From contig NC_068997.1 in NCBI RefSeq assembly GCF_001194135.2, positions 54,495,884 through 54,559,883 of the forward strand: a stretch of 64,000 nt of DNA, given 5' to 3'. Of this stretch, positions 1 to 12,468 are shown piece after piece. Under the pieces are notes generated by a model, which saw nothing but the letters and a program-made list of their open reading frames with translations, made no database searches and was not told where the DNA came from. Both the position numbers and the translations under genes were made by a program. Numbering within the stretch: position 1 is the stretch's first letter; every line of letters starts with the position of its first letter. Source of the stretch: Octopus bimaculoides. Lineage: Eukaryota.

Positions 1-910
1 CTGTGAATTGACCATTTCTAATGGACAGACACGACTGGAAGGTGACAAGAGTTATGACAGAGACGAACTTCTCAGAACATTTCATGCTTCAAACCTTGAA
101 TCCCATAAGAAGGCGAAAGATGACAGACAGTTCAAGATGGCGACAGAGGGTTATTCGTTGTTTCTTTCTTGTTTTGTTTTTCACTCCTCACTGGGCCGTA
201 AAGTGACAAACAGCGAGCAGAAGTTAACCTGACTCAAGAGAGCATACAAAACATCTTGTAACACTATTTTGTATGAACTTTAAAATAGAATCTAATGCAG
301 TTAGCTTTGTGTCTCTTGACTTAGAATAGCATGGCTTGAGCACATAGGCGGGGGCGGCTGCTTCAATGAATTTTTCTGCTATTTTTCGGAATATCTTAAT
401 TAATATTTCTTAGTTTACAGTCGAGTTCATTTTATTTATTTCAATGGCAGAAGTGGAAAGGCACTGGGCGTGGTACTCAAACTAGTTACTGATATTCCTA
501 TTCATTGTTCAATTCCTAGTGAGATGACGTTATTTTGTCAATTATTTGTTGTTTTGATATTTTAAACAGTAGTTCAACTCTGATCGAAAAGGCCTTGAAT
601 TAAAAGCTTTCGATCAGTGACCGTCCAGACTTTTATTTACACGCGTTGCATTCTATAGCACGTTAACCAGTGGTCTATTCTTTTCTAAGACACTAAGGGC
701 TGATTAGAGGGAGATTTGGCTACTACTCTTTGAAAACTGAACAATCAGGTAAAGACTTCCTCATTGGCTTGATTCTCTGTTTAGAGGTCAGTTCAAATGA
801 ATAAATGCCATTATGTACACTTGTAAAATGAGGTTTACTTTATTGTGATTGTGTAACCTGAAAAATGGTCCAAGAGTTGTAAAATCATATGAATATTGCA
901 GAGGTGTACA

Positions 911-1127
911 AGGCAGTAAGCTGGCAGAATCATTAAGCACGCCGGACAAAATGCTTAGCAGCATTTCGATCGTCATTGCATTCCTTCAATTTTGCCTTTC
1001 ATCCATTTTATTTTTCATCCATTTCGGGGTCGATAAAACAATTACCATTAGAGCACTTGGATCGATGTAATAGACTACCCACTCCCCCGAAATTGCTGGC
1101 GTTGTGCCAAAATTTGAAACCAATATT
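911..1127 (+). mobile_element. tRNA-derived SINE, family A (Meta-domain-like)
   Basis: gctggcagaatc..ttagcacgcc head, gcctttcatcc..tcggggtcgataaa core, aatttgaaaccaatatt tail; many copies in the window. Family name is from memory. Confidence 0.8.
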
Positions 1128-1138
1128 GCAGACGTGTA

Positions 1139-1330
1139 AGGCGGCGAGTTGGTCGAATCGTTAGCACGCAAAATGCTTGGCAGCATTTCGTCTGACTTTA
1201 CGTTGCCAGATCAAATTCAGTCGAGGTCGATTTTGCCTTTCCTCCTTTCGGGGGTCGATAAAGCAAGTTCCAGTTGAACACTTGGAACGTTGTGATCGAT
1301 TTGTTCACTCACCCGAAATTGCTGACATAT
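1139..1330 (+). mobile_element. SINE family A, second tandem copy
   Basis: ggcggcgagttggtcgaatcgttagcacg...gaggtcgattttgcctttcctcctttcgggggtcgataaa. Confidence 0.75.
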
Positions 1331-1364
1331 GTTTGTGTGACTGTGTTTGTCATCCCAACATCAC

Positions 1365-1520
1365 TTGACAACCGATGCTGGTTTGCTTACGTCCCCGTAA
1401 CTTAGTGGTTCAGCAAAAGGAACTGACAGAATAAATCTTGGGGTCGATTTTCTCGACTGGAGGCGGTGCTCCAATATGGCCAAAGTCAAATGACTGAAGC
1501 AAATACAAGAATAAAAGATA
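1365..1520 (+). mobile_element. SINE family B (octopus OR-type), 3' part
   Basis: ttgacaaccgatgctgg..cgtccccgtaacttag..ggcggtgctcca..agtcaaatgactgaa; reverse-complement copies at 6178 and 14165. Confidence 0.75.
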
Positions 1521-2417
1521 AACCTTATGGGGTCCTAAAACAACTCTTGTGACACCCTCGGACAACGAGAGGTTCACAAGCAGGTTTCGAACTCTTAGCA
1601 TAAAAAATGTTCACCTATCGATTGACCTCCTGTCTGGTGTGATTTTCTTATCACGCTTCTGCTCTCGCTCTGTACCAAAATCTTCGTTCCCTACAGAGGA
1701 AAAAGTCTTTTAGTAGCAAAGTGACTAAGAAGTCTGGAAAGAAAAGAAAGAGATTCTATGGAAGAATGCCAAATCGATTAGAAACTTTGGAGTCGTTTGG
1801 CCTTTTATTGGTAACGGGATCGAATTCTTTGACACAAGATAATGAATACATGAATATCTTAATTAATTTATTAATCAGAAAATAATTAATTGTGTCCATA
1901 AACCTCAACCAATATTTTTGCATGGAGGAAAAAAATCAATATTGATCTGCCGCTGCTGTAGCTGGGTGTATCAATAAGCTGTCAGACAGGCAAATATTCT
2001 GCCAACGACCTGTATGCCATCAAGAATGTTTCTTTGCATTCACCATCCGACACATATGGACTCACTGCATTTACATAATGCTCTTGGCTGTAAAGAGACA
2101 TTAAAGAAATGTAATAATGGCGACCCGTCTGATTGACCCTGTATTCCTAAAGGTACTACTTTGGTCTGTGCTCCTCCGAACTGCTTCATCTTGTGCACTT
2201 TCAGATGCACCCGATTTATTCACTTATCTCTCCCACAGTTTTGTGCCCACATCGTGGTCATGCCACTTCCACGAAATACGCACTAGACCTTCCTCCGGAA
2301 CGTCCTCCCTCAGAAGTTTCCACTCTTTTCTCACTTCTTTCTTATTTCAGATGCAGAGCCTCAAAATACCATAAAGTAATTGATGATACTTATGAAGCTG
2401 CAGCACTTGTAATAATG

Positions 2418-2440
2418 ATAACAACAACAACAACAACAAC

Positions 2441-2506
<66 letters not shown>

Positions 2507-3359
2507 NNNNNNNNNNNNNNNNNNNNNNNNNNNNNNNNNNNNNNNNNNNNNNNNNNNNNNNNNNNNNNNNNNNNNNNNNNNNNNNNNNNNNNNNNNNNNN
2601 NNNNNNNNNNNNNNNNNNNNNNNNNNNNNNNNNNNNNNNNNNNNNNNNNNNNNNNNNNNNNNNNNNNNNNNNNNNNNNNNNNNNNNNNNNNNNNNNNNNN
2701 NNNNNNNNNNNNNNNNNNNNNNNNNNNNNNNNNNNNNNNNNNNNNNNNNNNNNNNNNNNNNNNNNNNNNNNNNNNNNNNNNNNNNNNNNNNNNNNNNNNN
2801 NNNNNNNNNNNNNNNNNNNNNNNNNNNNNNNNNNNNNNNNNNNNNNNNNNNNNNNNNNNNNNNNNNNNNNNNNNNNNNNNNNNNNNNNNNNNNNNNNNNN
2901 NNNNNNNNNNNNNNNNNNNNNNNNNNNNNNNNNNNNNNNNNNNNNNNNNNNNNNNNNNNNNNNNNNNNNNNNNNNNNNNNNNNNNNNNNNNNNNNNNNNN
3001 NNNNNNNNNNNNNNNNNNNNNNNNNNNNNNNNNNNNNNNNNNNNNNNNNNNNNNNNNNNNNNNNNNNNNNNNNNNNNNNNNNNNNNNNNNNNNNNNNNNN
3101 NNNNNNNNNNNNNNNNNNNNNNNNNNNNNNNNNNNNNNNNNNNNNNNNNNNNNNNNNNNNNNNNNNNNNNNNNNNNNNNNNNNNNNNNNNNNNNNNNNNN
3201 NNNNNNNNNNNNNNNNNNNNNNNNNNNNNNNNNNNNNNNNNNNNNNNNNNNNNNNNNNNNNNNNNNNNNNNNNNNNNNNNNNNNNNNNNNNNNNNNNNNN
3301 NNNNNNNNNNNNNNNNNNNNNNNNNNNNNNNNNNNNNNNNNNNNNNNNNNNNNNNNNNN

Positions 3360-3420
<61 letters not shown>
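2418..3420. repeat. (ACA)n(ATA)n and (TG)n microsatellites flanking an ~850-N assembly gap
   Basis: Directly visible. Confidence 0.95.
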
Positions 3421-3423
<3 letters not shown>

Positions 3424-5040
3424 TGTGTGCGCGCGCGTGCATATGTATATGATGTTGTTGTTATTGTTGTCTTTGGTTGTTGTCTCACGTTAACCTTTGT
3501 TATTGTTTATATCATTTTTTCCTTCCGATAATCCGTTCATATTTTCTATTTTTCTTTGTTTTTTCGGAGCGCAGATAAAAGTAATCCTAAATGCTAGTGT
3601 GTCGAAAACACTGATCTGTAGTTATTTCTTCTACTGATACCCATAGTATTACGAAATAATTCACCGTATATAGAAATAAAATTCTAACGAATATCTAACA
3701 TAAGTGATGTTTTCCTCTCTTTCTTACTTTCTTAGAAATTTCTAAAGATCGAAAAGCGATGAAAGCAGACATTCGTCTTTAACCACGTCATGTTTTGTCG
3801 GCCATTTTTTTTTTTAAGTCATCCATTTGCTTCTTCGTTATCTCATCTTTTTATATACTGGAAGGAAATACTTTCTGAAATCATATCAACGAGGGAACTT
3901 CTAGACAGACGATTGAGCTGAAAGAAAAAGAAACAGACAACTCTATTTCAAAGAAGATATTAACAAAGAACATCCTAACAGAGAAGAATACAACAGTCAG
4001 TGTGATTCTCCTAAATAGATTTATAGGCTGAGTGGTCATGTCTAAATCGCTTTTAATCGTAGTTCATCTTGACCATTTTTGTTGTTGGGGTTAAACAATA
4101 ACAAGAACAATTTCCCTAGAATTAAGGAGGGAATGTATAAGTATACTATTCCCAATATATTACCGGTACTGTAATGAAAGAAGACCGTTGTGTTTGTTGA
4201 AGCTTTGTGACATAAGAAAGAGTTTCTTACTATGCGAAAGAAAAAAGAATAATTTATTAATCCTTTATATTTCGGGTGACTCACCCTTCTTCAAAGCAAA
4301 TAAATATTTAATATCAGAGGCTAGCCATGTTTATTTTATTACCGGTGCCTATTTCATCGACTCTTAAAAAAATACTAAAACCATTCTAATTTACTTCATT
4401 TCTTAATTTAATATCTAATGCATCGAACCTAGAAGGATTACATTTAAAACGATTTCTAGACCTCATAGTATGAAACTGTTTCCAGAATGCATTTCTATCC
4501 GTCGGTCTAATTTCTCTCTAATTCTCTATTGTATTGCTTTGGCTAATTGAAAACAAATCTTAAAGATGTAAAATAGAAATTGGTCCATTGATCCCGTTGA
4601 CATGAATAAGTAATGGACAGGTATAGCTGTGCAGTTTTGGAATTTACTTTGTAACATGTAGTTTCTGGTTTAATACCACTGCACTGTACCTCCAAAAACG
4701 GACTCCTACCAAAGTCTCGGGTTGACCAATACTTTTATAGAATATCTTTATTCTTTAGTGTTATTCTGTAGTGTTATTCCGTCCACTGCTTTACCGATTC
4801 TATCTTGCAAAACTTAAATGTAATTTCTAAATCAAGCATACTGTTTATAACGATGCATATAATCGATTGAGTTGATCTCGTACTTATCTAGCACTTATTT
4901 TATCGATCCCTGAAGTAGAAAACGTAAAGTTAATCTTGACAGGACTTAAAACCCTGGCTGTAAGGTAAATATAAAACTAAATATACTAAGAATAAAGAGA
5001 GAAACATTATCAGCATTAAAAGTCATAATATTATAATAAG

Positions 5041-5258
5041 CAAAGCGCGGCGCGCTGGACGAATCGTTACTGTTCCAGAAAAAAGCGCTTTGCTGCATTT
5101 CTTTCGTCCTGATGTTCGAATTCCACCGGGGTCGACATTTCCTTTTATTTTTTTCAGGGTCGATAAAATAAGTACCAGTTGGACGCTAGGGTCGATGTAA
5201 TCGACTTCCCCACTTCCTCAAAATTGCTGGCCTTGTACCAAAATTTGAAACCAATATT
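5041..5258 (+). mobile_element. SINE family A
   Basis: ttcgaattccaccggggtcgac..cagggtcgataaaataagtaccagttg..ggccttgtaccaaaatttgaaaccaatatt. Confidence 0.8.
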
Positions 5259-6177
5259 AGAATAAATCTAACGGGAATAAAGATAGCGGACAGGATAAAC
5301 TAACTTTTGATCGGCTGTTGTAAATCAGCATCGATTATTGTAAGCGTTGGTCGTTTTCCCCTAAACACTTCCCTTTCGCTAGATTACCAGCTCCATTAAC
5401 TTAAATATCAAGGAAGCTGCTATTCACAAAGGTGTTAAATTAAATATAAGTGACAGCTAAGAATGAAATTACAAAATGACAAATGATACTCTGTATGAAA
5501 TATTCTTCACAAAGCGTCTTTGTTGTTCACTTTTATTATTATTATTATTATTTTCTGTCTTCTTTTTATGTGGAAGTTTTAAAATGATTTATTTTGCGAT
5601 TTTTTATTTATTTATTTTTTTTAGACAGAAGACTTGAGACAGTAAAACTGTGATCCCAGAAGAGCAACTGTATCACGACGGACGAGGATATTTCTATTTT
5701 AATGTTTTACATTTATTATTTTTCCTTTGTGTTTGCACTGCAAAAAAATATATACACAAAATCACAACCAAAACTAGAAAATAAGGATGAATAATAGAAA
5801 AAAGGTCTGTGCTGAGAGTCTATAACACAGATCGATTGGCAATGTGGCTTACGGTTGCGTTAACGTGATATGAATAGTGACTCAATAGGAAGGCCATCAT
5901 CGCTTATACATTATCCGATGTCAGGGCACTTAAATCAAACGTTACTCGCTGATACTGGCAAAGTCAGAGAGAAAATATGCGCCACAAACAGCCTGAATTG
6001 AGAGTAATTTCAGCTGGTCTGGAACAGAATTAGTATTTCCATATATATATACGTGTGTGTGTGTGCGTGTCTGTGTAGAATTACGAAGTGTCCGTAAATT
6101 ATCTTTACAACTTCCACACTTCAAACTGTGAAAATAAATTTATGGACAAATTATGTAAATATATATATTCTTTTTGT

Positions 6178-6345
6178 TTTATTCTTTTACTTGTGACAGT
6201 CATTTGACTGCGGCCATGCTGGAGCACCGCCTGAAAGGGTGTTTGTCGAAGAAATCGATCCCTGGACTTATTCTTTGTATTGTAAGTGGAGTACTTATTC
6301 TATCGGTGTCTCTTGCCGAACCGCTAAATTACGGGGACACAAACA
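6178..6345 (-). mobile_element. SINE family B, 3' part
   Basis: cagtcatttgactgcggccatgctggagcaccgcc..gtacttattctatcgg..gccgaaccgctaaattacggggac. Confidence 0.85.
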
Positions 6346-6366
6346 CACAAATATATACATACATAC

Positions 6367-6367
<1 letters not shown>

Positions 6368-6409
<42 letters not shown>

Positions 6410-6410
6410 A

Positions 6411-6490
<80 letters not shown>
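6368..6490. repeat. (GATA)n/(GACA)n microsatellite
   Basis: Directly visible. Confidence 0.95.
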
Positions 6491-6491
<1 letters not shown>

Positions 6492-6655
6492 TGTTTCTTT
6501 ATTAGCCACACAGGGCTCAACACAGAGGGGACAAGGTACAAAGTAGAGCTTTTCTTTTGGGGAAGAGGAAGTAGAGAGAGAAAAAAAGAAATAGGAGGGG
6601 GGTAGATTTCCGATCAAAAGGGATCGTAAAGAGAGAAAAAAAAAGATCGATCAGC
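6491..6655 (-). mobile_element. Retroposon (probably LINE) 3' end with AATAAA
   Basis: Minus strand reads ttgtcccctctgtgttgagccctgtgtggctAATAAAgaaac then runs into (TATC)n; a similar tail ends the SINE at 61225. Confidence 0.5.
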
Positions 6656-7210
6656 AAGACTGGTTTCAGTCCCGAATTGGAAATTCATCTGCTACTACCG
6701 ATAGCCTCTTAAATCATCCATAGAAACACACTGTTTTTAAATACGTTGTCACTAAAGTCTTAATTAAATAAGAGAGAACGATTTACTTTCATAAGACATT
6801 CTTGGCAACAAGTTGAATGAGTTTATCACTCGTTTATTAGCAATGTTTCATTACAGTATTGTATTGTAGAGGCTTTGGGCCAACATTGTTAGTAACAGAA
6901 CGGAATATAAACGCATTGTTTCTTTGTATAAAATATCTTCGTGAACAGGAAAGGATGGATCAGAAAGATTAATTTCAGTCCTTACGTTTGGATTTTATCA
7001 GCGTCTGGTTCTATATATTATGTTTAACTCTCCATAGGGACACTGTTTATAAACTCACTATTATTAAGAGCTTAAGGGTGTTTTGTCCAATTTCCGTATA
7101 TAATACATCCTAAGCCGATATTTCATATAAATAGTTGGTATTTACAACTGATTGTTACACTCAATACTAATTCGTATGCCTGTGTCTATTTGTATGTAAA
7201 AGCATGTACG

Positions 7211-7271
<61 letters not shown>

Positions 7272-7316
7272 GCGTGTGTGTGTGTATGTATATGCACAAA
7301 CACATACATACATATA

Positions 7317-7398
7317 TACGAGGTGATCCTAGGAAGTTTCCGGCTTTAAAGATATCGCGAAAGGCCTGGCTAGAAGCCCAACATTCCGAGTTCTTTTA
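7317..7398. mobile_element. Possible mariner terminus truncated by an N gap
   Basis: (TA)n followed by TACGAGGTGATCCTAGGAAGTTTCCGG, resembling TACGAGG..-type mariner TIRs. Confidence 0.4.
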
Positions 7399-7800
7399 NN
7401 NNNNNNNNNNNNNNNNNNNNNNNNNNNNNNNNNNNNNNNNNNNNNNNNNNNNNNNNNNNNNNNNNNNNNNNNNNNNNNNNNNNNNNNNNNNNNNNNNNNN
7501 NNNNNNNNNNNNNNNNNNNNNNNNNNNNNNNNNNNNNNNNNNNNNNNNNNNNNNNNNNNNNNNNNNNNNNNNNNNNNNNNNNNNNNNNNNNNNNNNNNNN
7601 NNNAATATGTGTATATATAAATACATATATATATATATATATATGCATACACACACACACACATATATATATATAAATATATATACATATATCCATATGT
7701 GTGTGTTGTTTATTATTAGATTATTGGTTACTACTTTATTGTTAATGTTATTATTATCATTACTTCAACTATTATTTTTATAAATCTGTTACATTCTACT

Positions 7801-8090
7801 TTACTTAGCAGTGACGTTGTCTTGAGATTTGGTGGCACCAAGTCTCTTCAAGATTTGAAGAATCTTTCTTTGAATTCTTACAAAACATAGGATGGTGCTT
7901 TTGTGTAGGTCAACAATGTGCGTCTTAGTTCTAATATCTTTCAGCCTCTTAGGAAATGGTTCGGGTGTAGTGTCAAGAGTACCAATTACAACAAGAGCAA
8001 TTCGCAACCTTGCCTCCCAGAATTTCTTCATCTTTCAAGCTAGGTCTTGATATTTCTCTATTTCTTTAACAAAATCCACTCTGCTATCAT
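7801..8090 (-). mobile_element. R4/Dong-clade non-LTR retrotransposon 3' end (restriction-like endonuclease C-terminus), pseudogenised
   Basis: Translation DSRVDFVKEIEKYQDLA*KMKKFWEARLRIALVVIGTLDT..IVDLHKSTILCFVRIQRKIL matches the family pattern D.R...KE.EKYQDL..EI..LW...V.VVPVVIGALG...LQKSALLGTARILRKVL; a decayed (TAA)n tail follows. Confidence 0.8.
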
Positions 8091-8127
8091 ATAATTTTTT
8101 CAATTTCTTTAATGGTAAATTTTTTTG

Positions 8128-8339
8128 GTTGGCAGCAATCTGGCAGAACCCTTACCCTCCCGGGAAAAATTTTTAGCAGCATTTAGTCCGCCTTTACATT
8201 CTGAGTTCGAATTCTGCCGAGGTCGACTTTGCCTTTCATCCTTTCGGGGTTGAGGAAATGAGCAACACTTGAACAGTGGCGTCGATGTAATCGGCTTAGC
8301 CCCTCCCACGAAATTGGTGGCCTTGTGCAAAAATTTGAA

Positions 8340-8345
<6 letters not shown>
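8128..8345 (+). mobile_element. SINE family A with (ATT)n tail
   Basis: ctgagttcgaattctgccgaggtcgactttgcctttcatcctttcggggt..ggccttgtgcaaaaatttgaaatt(att)n. Confidence 0.85.
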
Positions 8346-8372
<27 letters not shown>

Positions 8373-9730
8373 GATTGATTGATTGATTGATTTATCAAAT
8401 TTGTCGTAGTAAAGTGCTGGGAGCCATTTCTGTAGCGCAATACGTAACCTTCCACTTATTCTTCACAGCAATCCTGTTTCTATTCTTAATTAAAATAATT
8501 TCACTTCACTCAAGTTTTTAATGTTCATGTATAAAACGCATAAACAACCTTAAATCTCATTTCGCCTCCTTTAATAACAAATATAAAAGGCTCCTGTTCA
8601 GCATTAAGTAGTGGTTTGAAACACATTATCTTATTTTTCCTCTATAGTTGTGGTTTTGTGTTGAAGAAATCAATATCGTCTAAAAGAATCACCATAAAAG
8701 CAAGAAATTCAGTGAAAAATCATAATATAATGGTGTGTTATATAAAGAAATAATAACCGATTCAGTTCAGTAGCGCTACACGTCTGAACATATGAGTGCT
8801 GTAGAGTAATTTATCATAAAGTGTCTCAGGTCAATGGCTGTGTGATAAAAACAGGTGCTTACAGCTATGTTTGTAGATAAAACAACAATACAATGGAATA
8901 ACAATTTTCTATGTTTTCTAATGAATTTCAAATTTCATGGATGGCTTATTTTGGTTATCAGAAACAAAGAAGAATTTTTTTTTCTTCCGTATTTTATAAT
9001 GTGCTTAAGCTGAAGTTCGCGTCAGATCGAAAACAAGATTCACCGATCGAAAACATAAAAGACGTTTATGTATTCAGTTCTTATTTTTGATCACGTTTCT
9101 CGTTCGTGTGTTTCATATTTCTGTAATAACTATTCGCATCAGCGAAGGATCATTTAACGTAAGGAGGCAACTTCTGACATAATCACAAGATGGTTATTGC
9201 GACAGAATCAGTTTGTTGTTAGTAACACTAAACATAATTGTCCCTCGGTCGACAAAGTTTCACATGAGCAAAGTTTGGGCTTATATCTTTGTATGCTTGT
9301 ATACATATTACCTTTCACAAGTAGAAACACTCCCTTGTCCTCTGTTTCGGTTTTTCGTTTTACTTTGATTTCACATCTTCCGTCGTGAGGAAGATTACAT
9401 TCTGAACTAAAGCATAAGTTAGAATAATTTTTGAATATTCTGCTAAGTATTTTCGAGAATTTTAGCTGTAGAGAAAGTCAGTTTGTCTGGAAATAAAAAT
9501 TAATATATCTAAACCAATTTTAAAATGAAAACAAAAAACTTCGAAATAACGGAACAACAAGACGCAACTTTTAATACAATTCAAAGAAACGGTGATAAAA
9601 ATAAGAACCGGTAGAGTTAATGGAGGATTATAAATACAGTTGCCGTTTTTATGATTCCCTTTTTCAGTAAATATTTTTAAAATGTTGCTTGTATGTCTTT
9701 TATTACTAATATTAAAACTATATCCGTAAT

Positions 9731-9840
9731 GCAGTGCGCTGGCAAAGTCGTTAGCGGCATTTCGTCAGTCTTTACGTTCTGAGTTCAAATTCCGCCGAGG
9801 TCGACTTTACTTTTCATTCCTTAATGGTCGATAAAATAAG
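9731..9840 (+). mobile_element. SINE family A, 5' half
   Basis: ctttacgttctgagttcaaattccgccgaggtcgactttac..ggtcgataaaataag. Confidence 0.75.
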
Positions 9841-10243
9841 TTTCTGTTTCTGCGGTCCATGTGAAGATTTAAATCATTGGCCGTCACCACTTGGTCATTG
9901 AGCAACTTTAAAAAAGACAACTCTACAGCTAACATTTTGACTAGATTTCTGGTTTGACTATAACTCGATGCCTTGTTTTTGTAACCAGTCCTACTTTCTT
10001 CTGTTCCTGCGTTCAGTGCCAGAGAGTCCTCAAAATGTCACAACAAGCGCTGTGATTCAAACATAGAAACAAAACATGAATTAGAAATTAGAAATACATC
10101 CTGGAATCAACGCTAGTCAGTCACAACACGAATTCCTAAATGAGCGGTTACACGTTTTCCATTAGTGTTAATAAATTCAAATTTAGTTAAACATAATGTA
10201 CAAACACAGCAAAGGTCTGCTCCATCCAAGTCAAGCCTGGTTA

Positions 10244-10276
<33 letters not shown>

Positions 10277-10571
10277 AACCGAATATCACATTCAATTCTA
10301 ACTTATCAGTATTCGAGATACTAATGTCTTGTGTGACAGAGGTCATTATATTCTTACCACCGAATTTAATAAAATATTCAGCAATGTCGTTATAATTAAA
10401 ACCTTGAAATTTTAATCAAAATCAACCACTACGTACGTGTAAAATTCAAAATGAAATCACTAAAGTCACTGAGTTTGTTCATGCAGTGAAATACAATCAG
10501 TCAGTAAATACGGACAACACATTCCTTTGAATGAAATCCGATTCATAGACATCAGCACAAAAGCAACAACT

Positions 10572-10622
<51 letters not shown>

Positions 10623-11457
10623 TTAGATAGATAGATAGATAGATTGACATCCATTTATACATAATATATGCACTTATACATATAGTATATATATACTAGT
10701 ATGTATATGTATATATGCATATACATATATATATGTATGCATATATGTATGTGTGTGTGAGTGTGTATGTGTGCGCGCGTATGTATGTATATAGACAGTA
10801 TAAATACATATATATATATATATACACACATACATATACCTACATGTATATATATCAGTACTGCTTGAGTGCATGTGTGTGTCTTGCTATTGTTGTTGCA
10901 GTTGTTTGTGTTTCTGACCAACTCTGCATAGTTAGTTACAGATAATCTCTGATTACGCTTGTCTGTGATAATTTGTAGAGTCACCAACCCATTTGATTTG
11001 ATCCAATTTATTAGCATTTTAATTAAATAAATGAACTGCTACTTCTTACTGAACACCGTCAGGAATTTTTCATTAAATACCTCAGACCTACACTTCCATG
11101 TTGAACGTCTTGTATTTGTTCACTACAGAAACACATTGTATGTTTATGTAGAAAGATTCCATTCTTCCTGCCACTCTACATGACAGATACACTAACACAA
11201 TGTTTATGTATTCTTTATCTATACATATCTTTCAGTGTTTATATACTGGACGACTGCCAACCAGGGCCATCTCCTCGGTTGTTCTGAAAGAAATTTTGAT
11301 TTTCTTTGTTAGTTAATTTAAACAATATACGATATACGATATTCACTGTTGTATATTTTTGTTGTTCTTTGTTTCCCGCTTTGGAATTGTAGAAAAGCTT
11401 TCCGTCTCACAGGAAAATTTAACAGAGAACATCTTATTATTAATCCCTCTAAAATAA

Positions 11458-11570
11458 GGCAGTGAGCTGACAGAACCGTTAGTATGCCAGGCCAAATTCT
11501 TTGCGGCATTGCGTCCTTTATATTTTTGAGTTCAAATTCCGCCGAGGTTAATTTACCTTTCGTGGTCAAC
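11458..11570 (+). mobile_element. SINE family A, 5' half
   Basis: gagctgacagaaccgttagtatgcc..gagttcaaattccgccgaggt. Confidence 0.7.
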
Positions 11571-11612
11571 AAAATATAATGTGTACGTGTATATAATTTT
11601 CTGCCACGGATC

Positions 11613-11652
<40 letters not shown>

Positions 11653-11684
11653 ATATATATATATATATATAGGAGCAATCCTTC

Positions 11685-11925
11685 GGCTACGACGACGAGG
11701 CTCACAGCTGATACGATCAACAGAACAGCTTGCTTGTGAAATTAACGTCCAAGTGGCTGAGCACTCCACAGACACTTGGCGTAGTTCTCAGAGTAATTCA
11801 GAGTGACACAGAGTGTGACAAGGCTGGCCCTTTGAAATACAGGCACTACTCATTTTTGCCAGCTGAATGGACTGGAGCAACGTGAAATAAAGTGTCTTGC
11901 TCAAGGACACAACACGTTGCCGGGA
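11685..11925 (-). mobile_element. CORE-like SINE, family C
   Basis: Reverse complement of gttgtgtccttgagcaagacactttatttcacgttgctccagtccattcagctggcaaaaatgag plus the gtggctgagcactccacagacac 3' body. Confidence 0.8.
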
Positions 11926-11944
11926 ATTATATATGCATACATAC

Positions 11945-11976
<32 letters not shown>

Positions 11977-12429
11977 NNNNNNNNNNNNNNNNNNNNNNNN
12001 NNNNNNNNNNNNNNNNNNNNNNNNNNNNNNNNNNNNNNNNNNNNNNNNNNNNNNNNNNNNNNNNNNNNNNNNNNNNNNNNNNNNNNNNNNNNNNNNNNNN
12101 NNNNNNNNNNNNNNNNNNNNNNNNNNNNNNNNNNNNNNNNNNNNNNNNNNNNNNNNNNNNNNNNNNNNNNNNNNNNNNNNNNNNNNNNNNNNNNNNNNNN
12201 NNNNNNNNNNNNNNNNNNNNNNNNNNNNNNNNNNNNNNNNNNNNNNNNNNNNNNNNNNNNNNNNNNNNNNNNNNNNNNNNNNNNNNNNNNNNNNNNNNNN
12301 NNNNNNNNNNNNNNNNNNNNNCCATTTTCTTCTCGTTGTTTAAGTATTTAACCCGTTTGTTTACGCATTTCATGTTGTTTGAACCGTTGGCGGTGTCCTG
12401 TACCCACATATGCATGTATACATATATAC

Positions 12430-12468
<39 letters not shown>

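Noticed and set aside
8-232. CAAGATGGCG (YY1-like) motif and short ORFs, one with an SEH similar to the APE-endonuclease SDH
   Set aside because: Too short and at the window edge; neither a first exon nor a LINE fragment can be supported.
10016-10113. Acceptor followed by (V)PESPQNVTTSAV, reminiscent of an FN3 domain start
   Set aside because: The frame stops after 16 codons and no other FN3 exon is visible; probably chance.
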